64,000 nucleotides of DNA, taken from positions 256,001 to 320,000 of the forward strand of contig OY970065.1 of the NCBI GenBank assembly GCA_963705295.1. The letters are read 5' to 3'. Numbering within the stretch: position 1 is the first letter of the stretch; the number at the start of each line of letters is the position of its first letter. The stretch comes from Parachlamydiales bacterium. GTDB lineage: Bacteria > Chlamydiota > Chlamydiia > Chlamydiales > Rhabdochlamydiaceae. The notes under the pieces were generated by a model. It searched no databases. It had not been told where the DNA came from and saw only the letters and a list, made by a program, of their open reading frames with translations. Shown piece after piece: positions 9,971 through 18,603 of the stretch. A program made the position numbers and the translations under genes.

Positions 9971-11296
9971 TCATTTTAAATCTAGTATCTCCGATACAAG
10001 ACGAGGAATTTCCTGGATCATATAAAATGGAACTGAAAGAATACCATCTTCTAAGGCAAGAGATGCTTGTGATACACGGAGTCCCAAAGGAGATTTTTTT
10101 TCAACCATGAATTGTCTTAATGAACGAAGATGGCCTTTTTTACCTGCTTTTACTTCTAAAGGAATGATATGATTACCAACTTCAATAACATAATCGACTT
10201 CAGCCTCTGCTCCTATTTTTTCTCTTTCCCAATAATAAAGAATAGGCCGTGTATATGGTTTTGAATAGGCAATTAATTCTTGCCCAACAAATTGTTCGGC
10301 TATATTACCACCATTAATAAGTGTCAGATCATCTGCCTGAATTGAGTGAGCACTTTGAGGAAGCAATCCCACATCAAGAAAGAGAAGTTTGAATTTTTTT
10401 TCATTTCTTTGCACTTCTAGGGGAATTCCTGAAGCTGAATTCGCAAAAACTTGGTGTAGGATACCAATGCGTGTCAAAACCTCGAGTGATTCTAAATAAT
10501 CTCGAGATTGAGCATGAGGATGAATTTTTGCATACTTGAAATGATCACCAATAAGCCTAGGAGCTGCTTCAAATAAAAGTCTCATAAATTTCTGTTGTGA
10601 ACTTCGAGGATATTTTCCTAAATCATTTTCATATGTATTTAAAATATTTTGATGAATGCGATCGATGCCTAAATATTGATGATGCATTAAAAAAAATGAA
10701 ACAGCTTCTGGCATACCTCCGATGAAAAAAAACTCTTTTACGGATTGAAGCAAACTAAAATGTGTCCCTGGACCAATTGGTTTATGAGGAGTCGATTCTC
10801 TAATCCAAGAAAGAGTATTATCATTCCCTTTTGCTAATAAAAATTCGACAAAAGATAAAGGACGCATATATAAGTACTCAATTCTGCCAACAGGGAAGGA
10901 AAAACGGTCATCTCCCATGATAAATTCGAGCAATGATCCTGCTGCTATGACATGTAAGTCAGCCATTTGCTCTTTAAAAAATCGTAAACTTAATAGAGCA
11001 TTTGGACATGCCTGAATCTCATCGAAAAACAAGAGAGTTTTTCCAGGAATAATGGGTTGGTTTAACTGAGCTGATAAATCACGTATTAAGAATTTAGGGG
11101 TGAGATCGGCATCGAAGGTTTTTCTTATTTCCTTTGATTCTTCAAAATTTATTGAAACAAAAAATTCAAAGTTTTCTTTTCCAAATTTTTCAATGATATA
11201 ACTTTTTCCGACCTGTCTGGCTCCTCTGAGAAGAAGGGGCTTTCTATCATTTTGAGTTTTCCATTTTAATAAGTCATATTCCAACGATCTTTTCAT
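9971..11296 (-). CDS. AAA+ ATPase (AAA_14/DUF4143-type) with C-terminal PD-(D/E)xK-like domain
   Basis: Walker A GARQVGKS, Walker B LLFFDEIQ, GGMPEAV, C-terminal EVDYVIE..IPLEVKAG. ATG 11296 has an AGGAG RBS. AT-rich relative to flanks. Confidence 0.88.
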   Translation of the reverse strand: MKRSLEYDLLKWKTQNDRKPLLLRGARQVGKSYIIEKFGKENFEFFVSINFEESKEIRKTFDADLTPKFLIRDLSAQLNQPIIPGKTLLFFDEIQACPNALLSLRFFKEQMADLHVIAAGSLLEFIMGDDRFSFPVGRIEYLYMRPLSFVEFLLAKGNDNTLSWIRESTPHKPIGPGTHFSLLQSVKEFFFIGGMPEAVSFFLMHHQYLGIDRIHQNILNTYENDLGKYPRSSQQKFMRLLFEAAPRLIGDHFKYAKIHPHAQSRDYLESLEVLTRIGILHQVFANSASGIPLEVQRNEKKFKLLFLDVGLLPQSAHSIQADDLTLINGGNIAEQFVGQELIAYSKPYTRPILYYWEREKIGAEAEVDYVIEVGNHIIPLEVKAGKKGHLRSLRQFMVEKKSPLGLRVSQASLALEDGILSVPFYMIQEIPRLVSEILDLK

Positions 11297-11302
11297 TTCT
11301 CT

Positions 11303-11367
11303 CCTATTTCTCAACAATTTTGAAGGAAATATGGGGGCTATTTTCTGCAATTTTGAAGGAAATAGCC
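11303..11367. repeat. Two tandem ~33-bp imperfect palindromic units containing an exact 17-bp direct repeat
   Basis: CAATTTTGAAGGAAATA at 11315-11331 and 11348-11364; each copy is framed by TATTT...GAAATA inverted arms. Confidence 0.9.
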
Positions 11368-11436
11368 ATTTAAAGCAATAGCACCTGAGAATCAGAGACT
11401 TAGATCTCTAAACTATAAGCTTTTGATAATCAATGA

Positions 11437-13992
11437 CTAATTGATTTTCTTGCCGTTTTCCCATTTGGTTTCGGAACAAATTCCTTTGTCATCGAATGAT
11501 TTTTTGACACCGGTGATTTGATCATTGACGAAAGTTTGGATCACTTGGGGCTTGCCGTCGTCGAAATATTTATTGAACTTGCCATGCCGGAGGCCGTCTT
11601 TATATTCTGCTTCGAAGACAAGGATACCCTTGTCGTTCCACCTTCGAAAGACTCCATCGAGTTTTCCACGGATATAAAAAGCTTCGTGGGCCATGTTGCC
11701 ATTTTCAAAATATCCTCTTTCGATTCCGTTTCTCTCATCGATGGAATAGTCGGTTTCTGAAAGAACTTGTCCTTTTGGATAATACTCGATGACTTTTCCT
11801 TCCCTCTTTCCTTTCTGAAAAGGAATTTTGAGGACGGTATTTCCCTTTGTGTCGAAAACTTGGCATATCCCTTCTTTTTCTCCATGCACATAGGGAGTCG
11901 AGCTGATTTTATTTCCTTTGATGTCGTACTCGACGGCTTCTCCTTCCGGTTCTCCTTCAACAAACTGCACTTCAAAAGCTTTTTGCTTATTAAATCCATC
12001 TTCAGAGGGGTAATAAATTTCATGGAAACCGTGCCTACGGTTTTTATGATAATTGTAGACGAGCTCTTTCCCATCTTGCATCTTTTGGAAAAATTTCCCA
12101 CTCAATTTTCCTGCCTCATACCAAGCTTCCGTGATCAGATCTCCTTCTTCATTCCAAGAGGCTGTCATTCCATCGAGCTCTCCGTCTTTGTAATGTCTGA
12201 GAGTTTGAGTTTTCCCGTTGGGATAGAAGGTTTTAGCTTCTCCGATCAGCCTTCCTTCATCATCATAATGATATTGACAGGCAACTGTTTTATCTTGATA
12301 GAACTCCCGATGTTCGCCGGTAGGAACTCCTTTTTTGAATTGTTGGGAAAGACGGACAGTTCCATCTTCGAAAAATGTTTCGAATTTCCCATCGAGTGCA
12401 TCTTCTTTGTAGGTCGCACTGAGCTTCAATGTTCCGTTTGCAAAAAATTGTTTTTCAATCCCCTCTTTCTTTCCATCGACAAAATGCATGATGTACTTGG
12501 ACCTTTCTTTCTCATACCAAGCTTTGACAGTCCCGTGGGGAAGATTCTCTTTGTAATTCACCTCCAAAACGAGTTCCCCTCTCTCATTCCATTCACGATG
12601 AAGGCCACTTTTGGAGTTTAATTGATACTCTCCCTCAAATTTTTGAATTCCGTCTCCATACCATTCACATTTTTTGCCATCGAGCTTATCTTCGGTATAA
12701 TTTTCTTCTAATTTTTTCTCTCCATTGAGATACCATGTGAGAAGTTTTCCCTGTTTTTTTCCACCTTTATAGTGAGACAAAATAGAAGGTTTACCATCTT
12801 CAAACCACTCGCCGTACTCTCCATCTTTTAGTTTATCTTTGTAGGCCATCTGTTTCTTGAGCTGCCCTGAAGGATAGTATTCTTTTTGGACACCATCGAA
12901 TTCTCCACCGGTATATAAGTATTCAGCTTTAGATTTACCGTTGTCGAACCAAAGTTTGAATTCCCCTTCGAACTTCTGATCCGTTAAGAAATATTCAACA
13001 GTTTTTTGGCCTGCTTCATTCCACTCTTCGATACGACCCAGGAGATTGCTGTTTTGATCGTAATTGGCAAGAAAACTTGGATTCCCATTCGGATGATTGC
13101 GCCAATGTTTACCAATGGGTATGCCCCGTCTGTATTCCCCTTCACCCAGAAGTTTTCCATCTTCACCGTAGAAAAACTCTTTACCCTCTTTTTTTCCTGT
13201 TTTGTAAGTGACCTTGTAAGCTTCTTTTCCACTGGGGTGATACTTCACATGTGTTCCAAACGGTTCACCCCGTCTAAAATCTTGGACTTCTATCATGGCG
13301 TGATCTTTCGAATAGACAACAACAGCTGGATTCTTACCGTCGGAATCGAGGAGACCTTTTTCAAAGTTACATTGCCTCTTTAAACTTCCATTTTCATACC
13401 ATTCTAAGGCCTTCCCCTGAGGCATCCCATCGACATAAACCGTCAAAGAAGCTTTTCCTCCCTTAGGAAAGTATTTGATGTATTCTCCGGCGATCTTGTC
13501 CTCTTCGTACGACAACTCTTCTGCTTTATTTCCATCTAAGAAGTAGACGACAGCAGGCCCGTCTCTTTTTCCATTTTTAAAATGACACTGAGCCTTGATT
13601 TTACTCGTCGGATAATAGAGGGTCATTTCTCCATCCAAGACACCTTGCTGATAATGGACGACTTTTTCAGCCACGCCTCTTTCATCCAAATCGATTTCAA
13701 CGCCGTGGTGAATTAATTTGATTTTGCCTTCCGCGTCGACGGTAGAGGTGACATCGGCTTCGATCTTAAGTTGCCCATTGGGGTGATACGTTATGAGTTT
13801 GACAGCAACGGGAGGCTCATCTCCCAGTTCTTCATAAAACACAATTTTTGATGGTGTACCAGAGCCATACCGCTCCTCAATTTTAGCTTTCCAGTGAGGT
13901 TCTTGCGGCCGCGGCCTGGCTTTGAGAGGTGAATCTTCCAGACCAAAGATCGTAGAAAATGCAAAAATGATAACCCAACCAACATGTCGCAT
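11437..13992 (-). CDS. Secreted MORN_2-repeat (YwqK-like) protein
   Basis: Signal peptide, then roughly 30 repeats of the type 'Y..G...G....(Y/W)Y.NG'. Confidence 0.85.
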   Translation of the reverse strand: MRHVGWVIIFAFSTIFGLEDSPLKARPRPQEPHWKAKIEERYGSGTPSKIVFYEELGDEPPVAVKLITYHPNGQLKIEADVTSTVDAEGKIKLIHHGVEIDLDERGVAEKVVHYQQGVLDGEMTLYYPTSKIKAQCHFKNGKRDGPAVVYFLDGNKAEELSYEEDKIAGEYIKYFPKGGKASLTVYVDGMPQGKALEWYENGSLKRQCNFEKGLLDSDGKNPAVVVYSKDHAMIEVQDFRRGEPFGTHVKYHPSGKEAYKVTYKTGKKEGKEFFYGEDGKLLGEGEYRRGIPIGKHWRNHPNGNPSFLANYDQNSNLLGRIEEWNEAGQKTVEYFLTDQKFEGEFKLWFDNGKSKAEYLYTGGEFDGVQKEYYPSGQLKKQMAYKDKLKDGEYGEWFEDGKPSILSHYKGGKKQGKLLTWYLNGEKKLEENYTEDKLDGKKCEWYGDGIQKFEGEYQLNSKSGLHREWNERGELVLEVNYKENLPHGTVKAWYEKERSKYIMHFVDGKKEGIEKQFFANGTLKLSATYKEDALDGKFETFFEDGTVRLSQQFKKGVPTGEHREFYQDKTVACQYHYDDEGRLIGEAKTFYPNGKTQTLRHYKDGELDGMTASWNEEGDLITEAWYEAGKLSGKFFQKMQDGKELVYNYHKNRRHGFHEIYYPSEDGFNKQKAFEVQFVEGEPEGEAVEYDIKGNKISSTPYVHGEKEGICQVFDTKGNTVLKIPFQKGKREGKVIEYYPKGQVLSETDYSIDERNGIERGYFENGNMAHEAFYIRGKLDGVFRRWNDKGILVFEAEYKDGLRHGKFNKYFDDGKPQVIQTFVNDQITGVKKSFDDKGICSETKWENGKKIN

Positions 13993-14030
13993 AATAAAAT
14001 CCTTTATTTGGGTGAGTATATCTAAAGATG

Positions 14031-14063
14031 AAAAAAAACGCCTCTAAGAATATAGAGGCGTTT
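14031..14063 (-). terminator. Intrinsic terminator
   Basis: AAACGCCTCTA-agaata-TAGAGGCGTTT hairpin followed by a T8 run on the minus strand, just after the stop of 14075..14464. Confidence 0.8.
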
Positions 14064-14074
14064 AGAAAAATTCC

Positions 14075-14464
14075 TTACATGAAAAAGCCAATCCAGCAAA
14101 GACCTAGTCCCCATACGAGAGGTACGACACCCCAAACGCGGGTAAAGTGTGGATTGCCCATATAAAAGTCCATGAGTAGTTGTGGAACAAAGAGACCCAT
14201 GATACCACGTACAACCATGAACCAGCCTAAAATTGTTACCATCACAAAAGCATTCCATGCCCAAAGATCGTATTGGCTGAGGACTGCGAATCCAACCAAC
14301 AGATGAACGATTGAGCTGAAATACATAATCCCCGGAGAACTTTTGAAATTATTCAGAACTTTTATTAAATGATCTGCATAAATCAATGTCCAAATTCCGA
14401 CGATCACTAAAAGTGGACCGAAGATACTCGCGATCCATGTAGCTGCGCCTTGCATACCTTGCAT
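14075..14464 (-). CDS. Small 4-TM membrane protein
   Basis: Four hydrophobic segments; AGGAGG RBS; has its own terminator. Confidence 0.75.
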   Translation of the reverse strand: MQGMQGAATWIASIFGPLLVIVGIWTLIYADHLIKVLNNFKSSPGIMYFSSIVHLLVGFAVLSQYDLWAWNAFVMVTILGWFMVVRGIMGLFVPQLLMDFYMGNPHFTRVWGVVPLVWGLGLCWIGFFM

Positions 14465-14536
14465 TTCCTTTTCCTCCTTAGAAATAAAGTTAGAGTTGGT
14501 ACCCTATACTTAAACGCAACATAAGGAGTTAAGAAA

Positions 14537-14995
14537 TTATTTGTCAAATCGATTATATTTGCCCATGAGCTGGGTTTCTTCGAGGATGTGGGTTTTCATT
14601 GCTTCGACCACTTCTTCCTTGGTGGCACCGGGTTTGAGGGGAAGCATCGAGTTGAGGGCGTAGAGTTTGAAAAAATACCGGTGTTCACGGTCGGGAGGGC
14701 AAGGACCTTCATAACGGTTTTTACCGCCCGTCCCTTTTCCTTGGATGCCCAGAGGGATGGAGTTTTCTTCGATAGTAGACGTTTCTGGGGGAATATTGTA
14801 GACGACCCAATGGACCCACATCTTGTCTTTTCGTACGGAAGTTGGGACATCGGGATCATCGACGATGAGGACCAGGGAGCGGGCTCCTTGGGGGACATTT
14901 CTAATTTCTAGGGGAGGATTAATGTCTTTTCCATCGCAGGTATAAACTGCTGGGATGTTTCCTCCATCTTTAAAGGCTTGACTACTCAGGTCCAT
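14537..14995 (-). CDS. YbhB/YbcL (PEBP) family protein
   Basis: YTCDGKDINPPL, LIVDDPD, WVHWVVYNIP, YEGPCPPDREHRYFFKLYAL. Confidence 0.93.
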   Translation of the reverse strand: MDLSSQAFKDGGNIPAVYTCDGKDINPPLEIRNVPQGARSLVLIVDDPDVPTSVRKDKMWVHWVVYNIPPETSTIEENSIPLGIQGKGTGGKNRYEGPCPPDREHRYFFKLYALNSMLPLKPGATKEEVVEAMKTHILEETQLMGKYNRFDK

Positions 14996-15509
14996 TCTTT
15001 TTCCTCTTCTTCATGGGCTTTTCTGGGCACGTTTGGGAAACGGTATCCGTAGGATACTCTTTCAAAAACTTAATTTGAATAGGCTTTCTGAGGTCGACAA
15101 ATAACGCTTCCTGGGAGCTCTTGAGTCCGAGACATTCGTGCGGTGTGATATCTCCCGTCGAGGAAATTTTCAGGCGTAAAGCCGCTTGACTTTCCTCTCT
15201 GAGAAAGATTTTTTCAACGGTCTTGAGTTCGATGACGCGAGGCTTTAAAATCTTTTCCCCGGTTCGGCTCCTGGCCTTCCAAATGGAATCTTTGTAAAGC
15301 TCCAGTTCCATATCGGATTTCAGCGCCAAGGCTTCGATCTGGAGTTCTTCTAGGAGATTTTTAAACTCTTCCATCTCCGAGTTGAAACGTTGTTTGTGGA
15401 GCATATTCTGCAATGACCAAACAGTGACACCTCCTATCAAGACAATAAGGCTGATCGTGATCAGAATCTCTAAGAGGGAAAACGGTCGTTTCTTTCTATT
15501 TTGCGGCAT
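14982..15509 (-). CDS. T2SS minor pseudopilin
   Basis: Prepilin-like KKRP|FSLLEILITISLIVLIGG; directly after the major pseudopilin. Confidence 0.8.
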   Translation of the reverse strand: MPQNRKKRPFSLLEILITISLIVLIGGVTVWSLQNMLHKQRFNSEMEEFKNLLEELQIEALALKSDMELELYKDSIWKARSRTGEKILKPRVIELKTVEKIFLREESQAALRLKISSTGDITPHECLGLKSSQEALFVDLRKPIQIKFLKEYPTDTVSQTCPEKPMKKRKKNGPE

Positions 15510-15855
15510 TCTCAGATTTAACGACGATCTGCCCCTCTGATTGATCAATTATATATTCTTTTCCCCAACCATCTTTGAGAAAGTTTTTGACTTCACCTGC
15601 AGGTATTAAACCCGAATCTTTTAAACAGTTTTCAACTTTGCTTTTGTCAGAGAGCAAATCGGCCACCGTGGCAGCTCCAGATTGGATTTCGAGATTCAAA
15701 ATATCTTCGAGCTTTCGGGCCCCTTGTTCGGTACGGAATTTTTTCCCTTTATCGAGACTTCCCTTGAGATTATAGCTAATCACCCCTCCAATGAGGCCGA
15801 TCAGCAGAATAACGATCATGATTTCTAAAAGGGTAATTGCTCTTTTTTTGCGCAT
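15496..15855 (-). CDS. gspG: T2SS major pseudopilin
   Basis: MRKKRA|ITLLEIMIVILLIGLIGG and C-terminal KDGWGKEY (DPWG-like). Confidence 0.8.
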   Translation of the reverse strand: MRKKRAITLLEIMIVILLIGLIGGVISYNLKGSLDKGKKFRTEQGARKLEDILNLEIQSGAATVADLLSDKSKVENCLKDSGLIPAGEVKNFLKDGWGKEYIIDQSEGQIVVKSENAAK

Positions 15856-15862
15856 ATTTTTC

Positions 15863-17050
15863 CTATTGTTGTAAAACTGAGCCCACATCTGTCAGAGGAA
15901 TAAGGATGGAGAGAAGGACGGTTCCAACAATGAGGCCGAGCACCAGCAGCAGGACCGGCTGGAGGAGGGCTGTAAATTGTTGTAATTTTTTTTCTAAGTT
16001 CTCTTCGCAGATGTTGGATATATTTTGTAACATATTTCCGATTTTTCCGGTCTCTTCAGCAATTGCAAGCATTCTGGGGACAATGGAAGAAATTAAAGTA
16101 GAGTCTTTCAATTGCTGACTTAAAGGTTTTCCTTCACTGACCTTTTGTTCGGCACGTTCGATGATGGCTTCTAAAGGAATATTTTTCATGACGCCCCGAG
16201 AAAGCCGCAGGGTTTGCAAGATGGGCAGGCCACCTTGGAGGAGTAAAGAAGCAGTACGACAAAACCGGATCGTAGCGGCTTCCCGCATAAAATCTCCAAC
16301 AAGAGGAATTTTTAAAACCCACTTATCTAAATAGACACGGAAGTGTGCGCTCCGGAGGCCAAAGATGAACGCTCCTAGACAAGAGAGAAAACTGAAGGCT
16401 AGCCAGATTCCGTAGGCTCTCACAAAATCGCTCGCTCCAAAAACGATTCGAGTGATGGGGTGAAGAGCTCTTCCATCAAACAAAGCTTTCATCGATGGAA
16501 TGACAAACAGAAGCAAGGCAAAAAAGACAACACAGCAAAATCCCCCTAAAAACATCGGATAAGCGGCCGCTGAAAAGAGTTGTTTTTTCAATTTTTGTTG
16601 CTTATGGAGAAGCTCGCGGAGCTCTTCAAACACTTTAGGAAGCGATCCTGACTGTTCGCCGGCATGAACCATGGCGACATAGATGGGATCAAAACTCTTG
16701 GGATATTTACTGAGGGTTGCAGAGAGTGAAGATCCCGACTTGAGAGCATCGCAAAGATCCATGAGGAGGGGATGGAACCGGTGGTGATGGTATTTCTCCT
16801 CGATAATGACAAGACTTTCATAGAGAGGGATCCCCGCCTGAAGTAGCTGGCCTAGCATCCGCGTGAAATCGAGAAGAAAAGGGAAAGGAAGATGGATCTC
16901 TTTCTTTTTCTCTTTGAAAAAGGCGAGATCGGTAACGAGGATTTGTTCTTTTCGAAGTTTTTCCTTCGCAGCCATGATCGAATCGGCATCGATCACCCCC
17001 GACATTTTCTTGCCGCCGACAGAAAGAGCTTGATACCGGAAGAGTGCCAT
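15863..17050 (-). CDS. gspF: T2SS inner-membrane platform protein
   Basis: MALFRYQAL, LLQAGIPLYESL, AGEQSGSL, AYP, IAEETGKI, LLQP. Confidence 0.95.
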   Translation of the reverse strand: MALFRYQALSVGGKKMSGVIDADSIMAAKEKLRKEQILVTDLAFFKEKKKEIHLPFPFLLDFTRMLGQLLQAGIPLYESLVIIEEKYHHHRFHPLLMDLCDALKSGSSLSATLSKYPKSFDPIYVAMVHAGEQSGSLPKVFEELRELLHKQQKLKKQLFSAAAYPMFLGGFCCVVFFALLLFVIPSMKALFDGRALHPITRIVFGASDFVRAYGIWLAFSFLSCLGAFIFGLRSAHFRVYLDKWVLKIPLVGDFMREAATIRFCRTASLLLQGGLPILQTLRLSRGVMKNIPLEAIIERAEQKVSEGKPLSQQLKDSTLISSIVPRMLAIAEETGKIGNMLQNISNICEENLEKKLQQFTALLQPVLLLVLGLIVGTVLLSILIPLTDVGSVLQQ

Positions 17051-17052
17051 CT

Positions 17053-18603
17053 CTATTCTCCCTCGTAGCCACGCGTTACACGGAGAACTTCAGCTGAGGT
17101 TGTGAGTCCTCGGAGAACCAGTTCAGCTCCATTTGCACGGAGCGGAGTCATTCCATTGTCGAGAGCGACTTGCCTCAGTTCCACTGCATCGGCACTTTTC
17201 AGGATCTGTTGTTTGACAGCATGGCTCATCACCATCAGTTCGTAAATCCCATGACGTCCTTTGTAGCCTAGATCGAAACATAGAGGACATCCTCGACCTC
17301 GGTAAAATGTTTGGGGGTGATTCAGACCGAGTTCACGGCATTCCAGCTCGGTCGGCTCGTAAGCTTCTCGACAATTTGGACAAATCGTCCGAACTAGCCT
17401 TTGAGCAAGAACACCGACCACCGTGGATGAAAGGAGGTACGGCTCTGTTCCAATTTCAACCAAACGGGTTAAAGCGGAAGGAGCATCGTTGGTGTGGAGG
17501 GTGCTTAAAACAAGGTGTCCTGTGAGAGAAGCTTGGATGGCGATCTCGGCTGTTTCTTTATCTCGAATTTCACCGATCATAATGATGTCGGGATCTTGCC
17601 TTAAAATATGACGGAGACCGGTGGCAAAATCGAGGTGGATTTTCGGATTTACACCGACTTGAGCCATATTGGGCAGTTTATATTCGACCGGATCTTCGAT
17701 GGTCATGATATTGACTTCTGGTGAACTGATATCATGGATGGCGCTGTAGAGGGTTGTTGTTTTACCACTTCCGGTGGGGCCTGTGACGAAGATAATTCCC
17801 TCACTGAGGTGCGTTAGCTTTTCGAACTTTTCCAGCACCTCTTCAGCCATTCCGAGCCGATCCAATCCTAGGATAATGTTTCCCTTATCGAGAATCCTCA
17901 AAACGACCCTCTCCCCATAAACGACGGGAATGGTGCTGACACGGAAATCGATTTCACGTCCGCCGATTTTGAGTTTAATACGACCATCTTGAGGGAGGCG
18001 TTGTTCTGCAATATCGAGCTTTGCAAGGACTTTGATGCGCGCGAGAAGCTGGAGCTGGAGGTCTTTTGGGGGTGTGTGACGGAGTTGCAAAACACCATCG
18101 ATCCGATACCGTATCACAAGACCTTGCTCGGACGGTTCGAAATGGATATCGGAGGCGCCTTGCTGAATCGCCTCCGTCATGACGACATTGAGGAGCCTGA
18201 TGACCGGAGAATCGGCAGTATGAGCTAAAAGATCGTATCCTTCGGTTTCGATCTCTTGCTCAGGAGTATTTTCGCGGAGCGAAGCGATCAGATTGGAGGC
18301 TGCGTCATCTTTCTGATGGTAACAACATTCTATAGCGGTGTCGATGGCACTTCTTGGTGCACACACCTCTTGAAGCTTTTTTCCAGTCAGACATCTCATT
18401 TCTTCGAGGCATTCGAGGTCGAGCGGGTCTTCGAGGGCGATGATCAGTTTTCCATCCTGTTCATCGATGGGAATGACTTTCTTTGCTTTAGCAACGGTAT
18501 AAGGAATGATCTGAATCTTATCTCGAATATAAGGGTATGTGAGCAGATCTGTAATGTAGGGGATGTTGTAAGTCTGACAAACTTCTGTGATGTTATCGTA
18601 CAT
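17053..18603 (-). CDS. gspE: T2SS ATPase
   Basis: ASDIHFEP, RLPQDGR, GPTGSGKTTTLY, TIEDPVE, LRQDPDIIMIGEIRD, tetracysteine CxxC..CxxC. Confidence 0.97.
   Translation of the reverse strand: MYDNITEVCQTYNIPYITDLLTYPYIRDKIQIIPYTVAKAKKVIPIDEQDGKLIIALEDPLDLECLEEMRCLTGKKLQEVCAPRSAIDTAIECCYHQKDDAASNLIASLRENTPEQEIETEGYDLLAHTADSPVIRLLNVVMTEAIQQGASDIHFEPSEQGLVIRYRIDGVLQLRHTPPKDLQLQLLARIKVLAKLDIAEQRLPQDGRIKLKIGGREIDFRVSTIPVVYGERVVLRILDKGNIILGLDRLGMAEEVLEKFEKLTHLSEGIIFVTGPTGSGKTTTLYSAIHDISSPEVNIMTIEDPVEYKLPNMAQVGVNPKIHLDFATGLRHILRQDPDIIMIGEIRDKETAEIAIQASLTGHLVLSTLHTNDAPSALTRLVEIGTEPYLLSSTVVGVLAQRLVRTICPNCREAYEPTELECRELGLNHPQTFYRGRGCPLCFDLGYKGRHGIYELMVMSHAVKQQILKSADAVELRQVALDNGMTPLRANGAELVLRGLTTSAEVLRVTRGYEGE

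Noticed and set aside
11767..12621. 284-aa plus-strand ORF (and 186-aa 11541-12101)
   Set aside because: Antisense or alternate-frame shadows of the MORN-repeat gene; no SD or recognisable motif.
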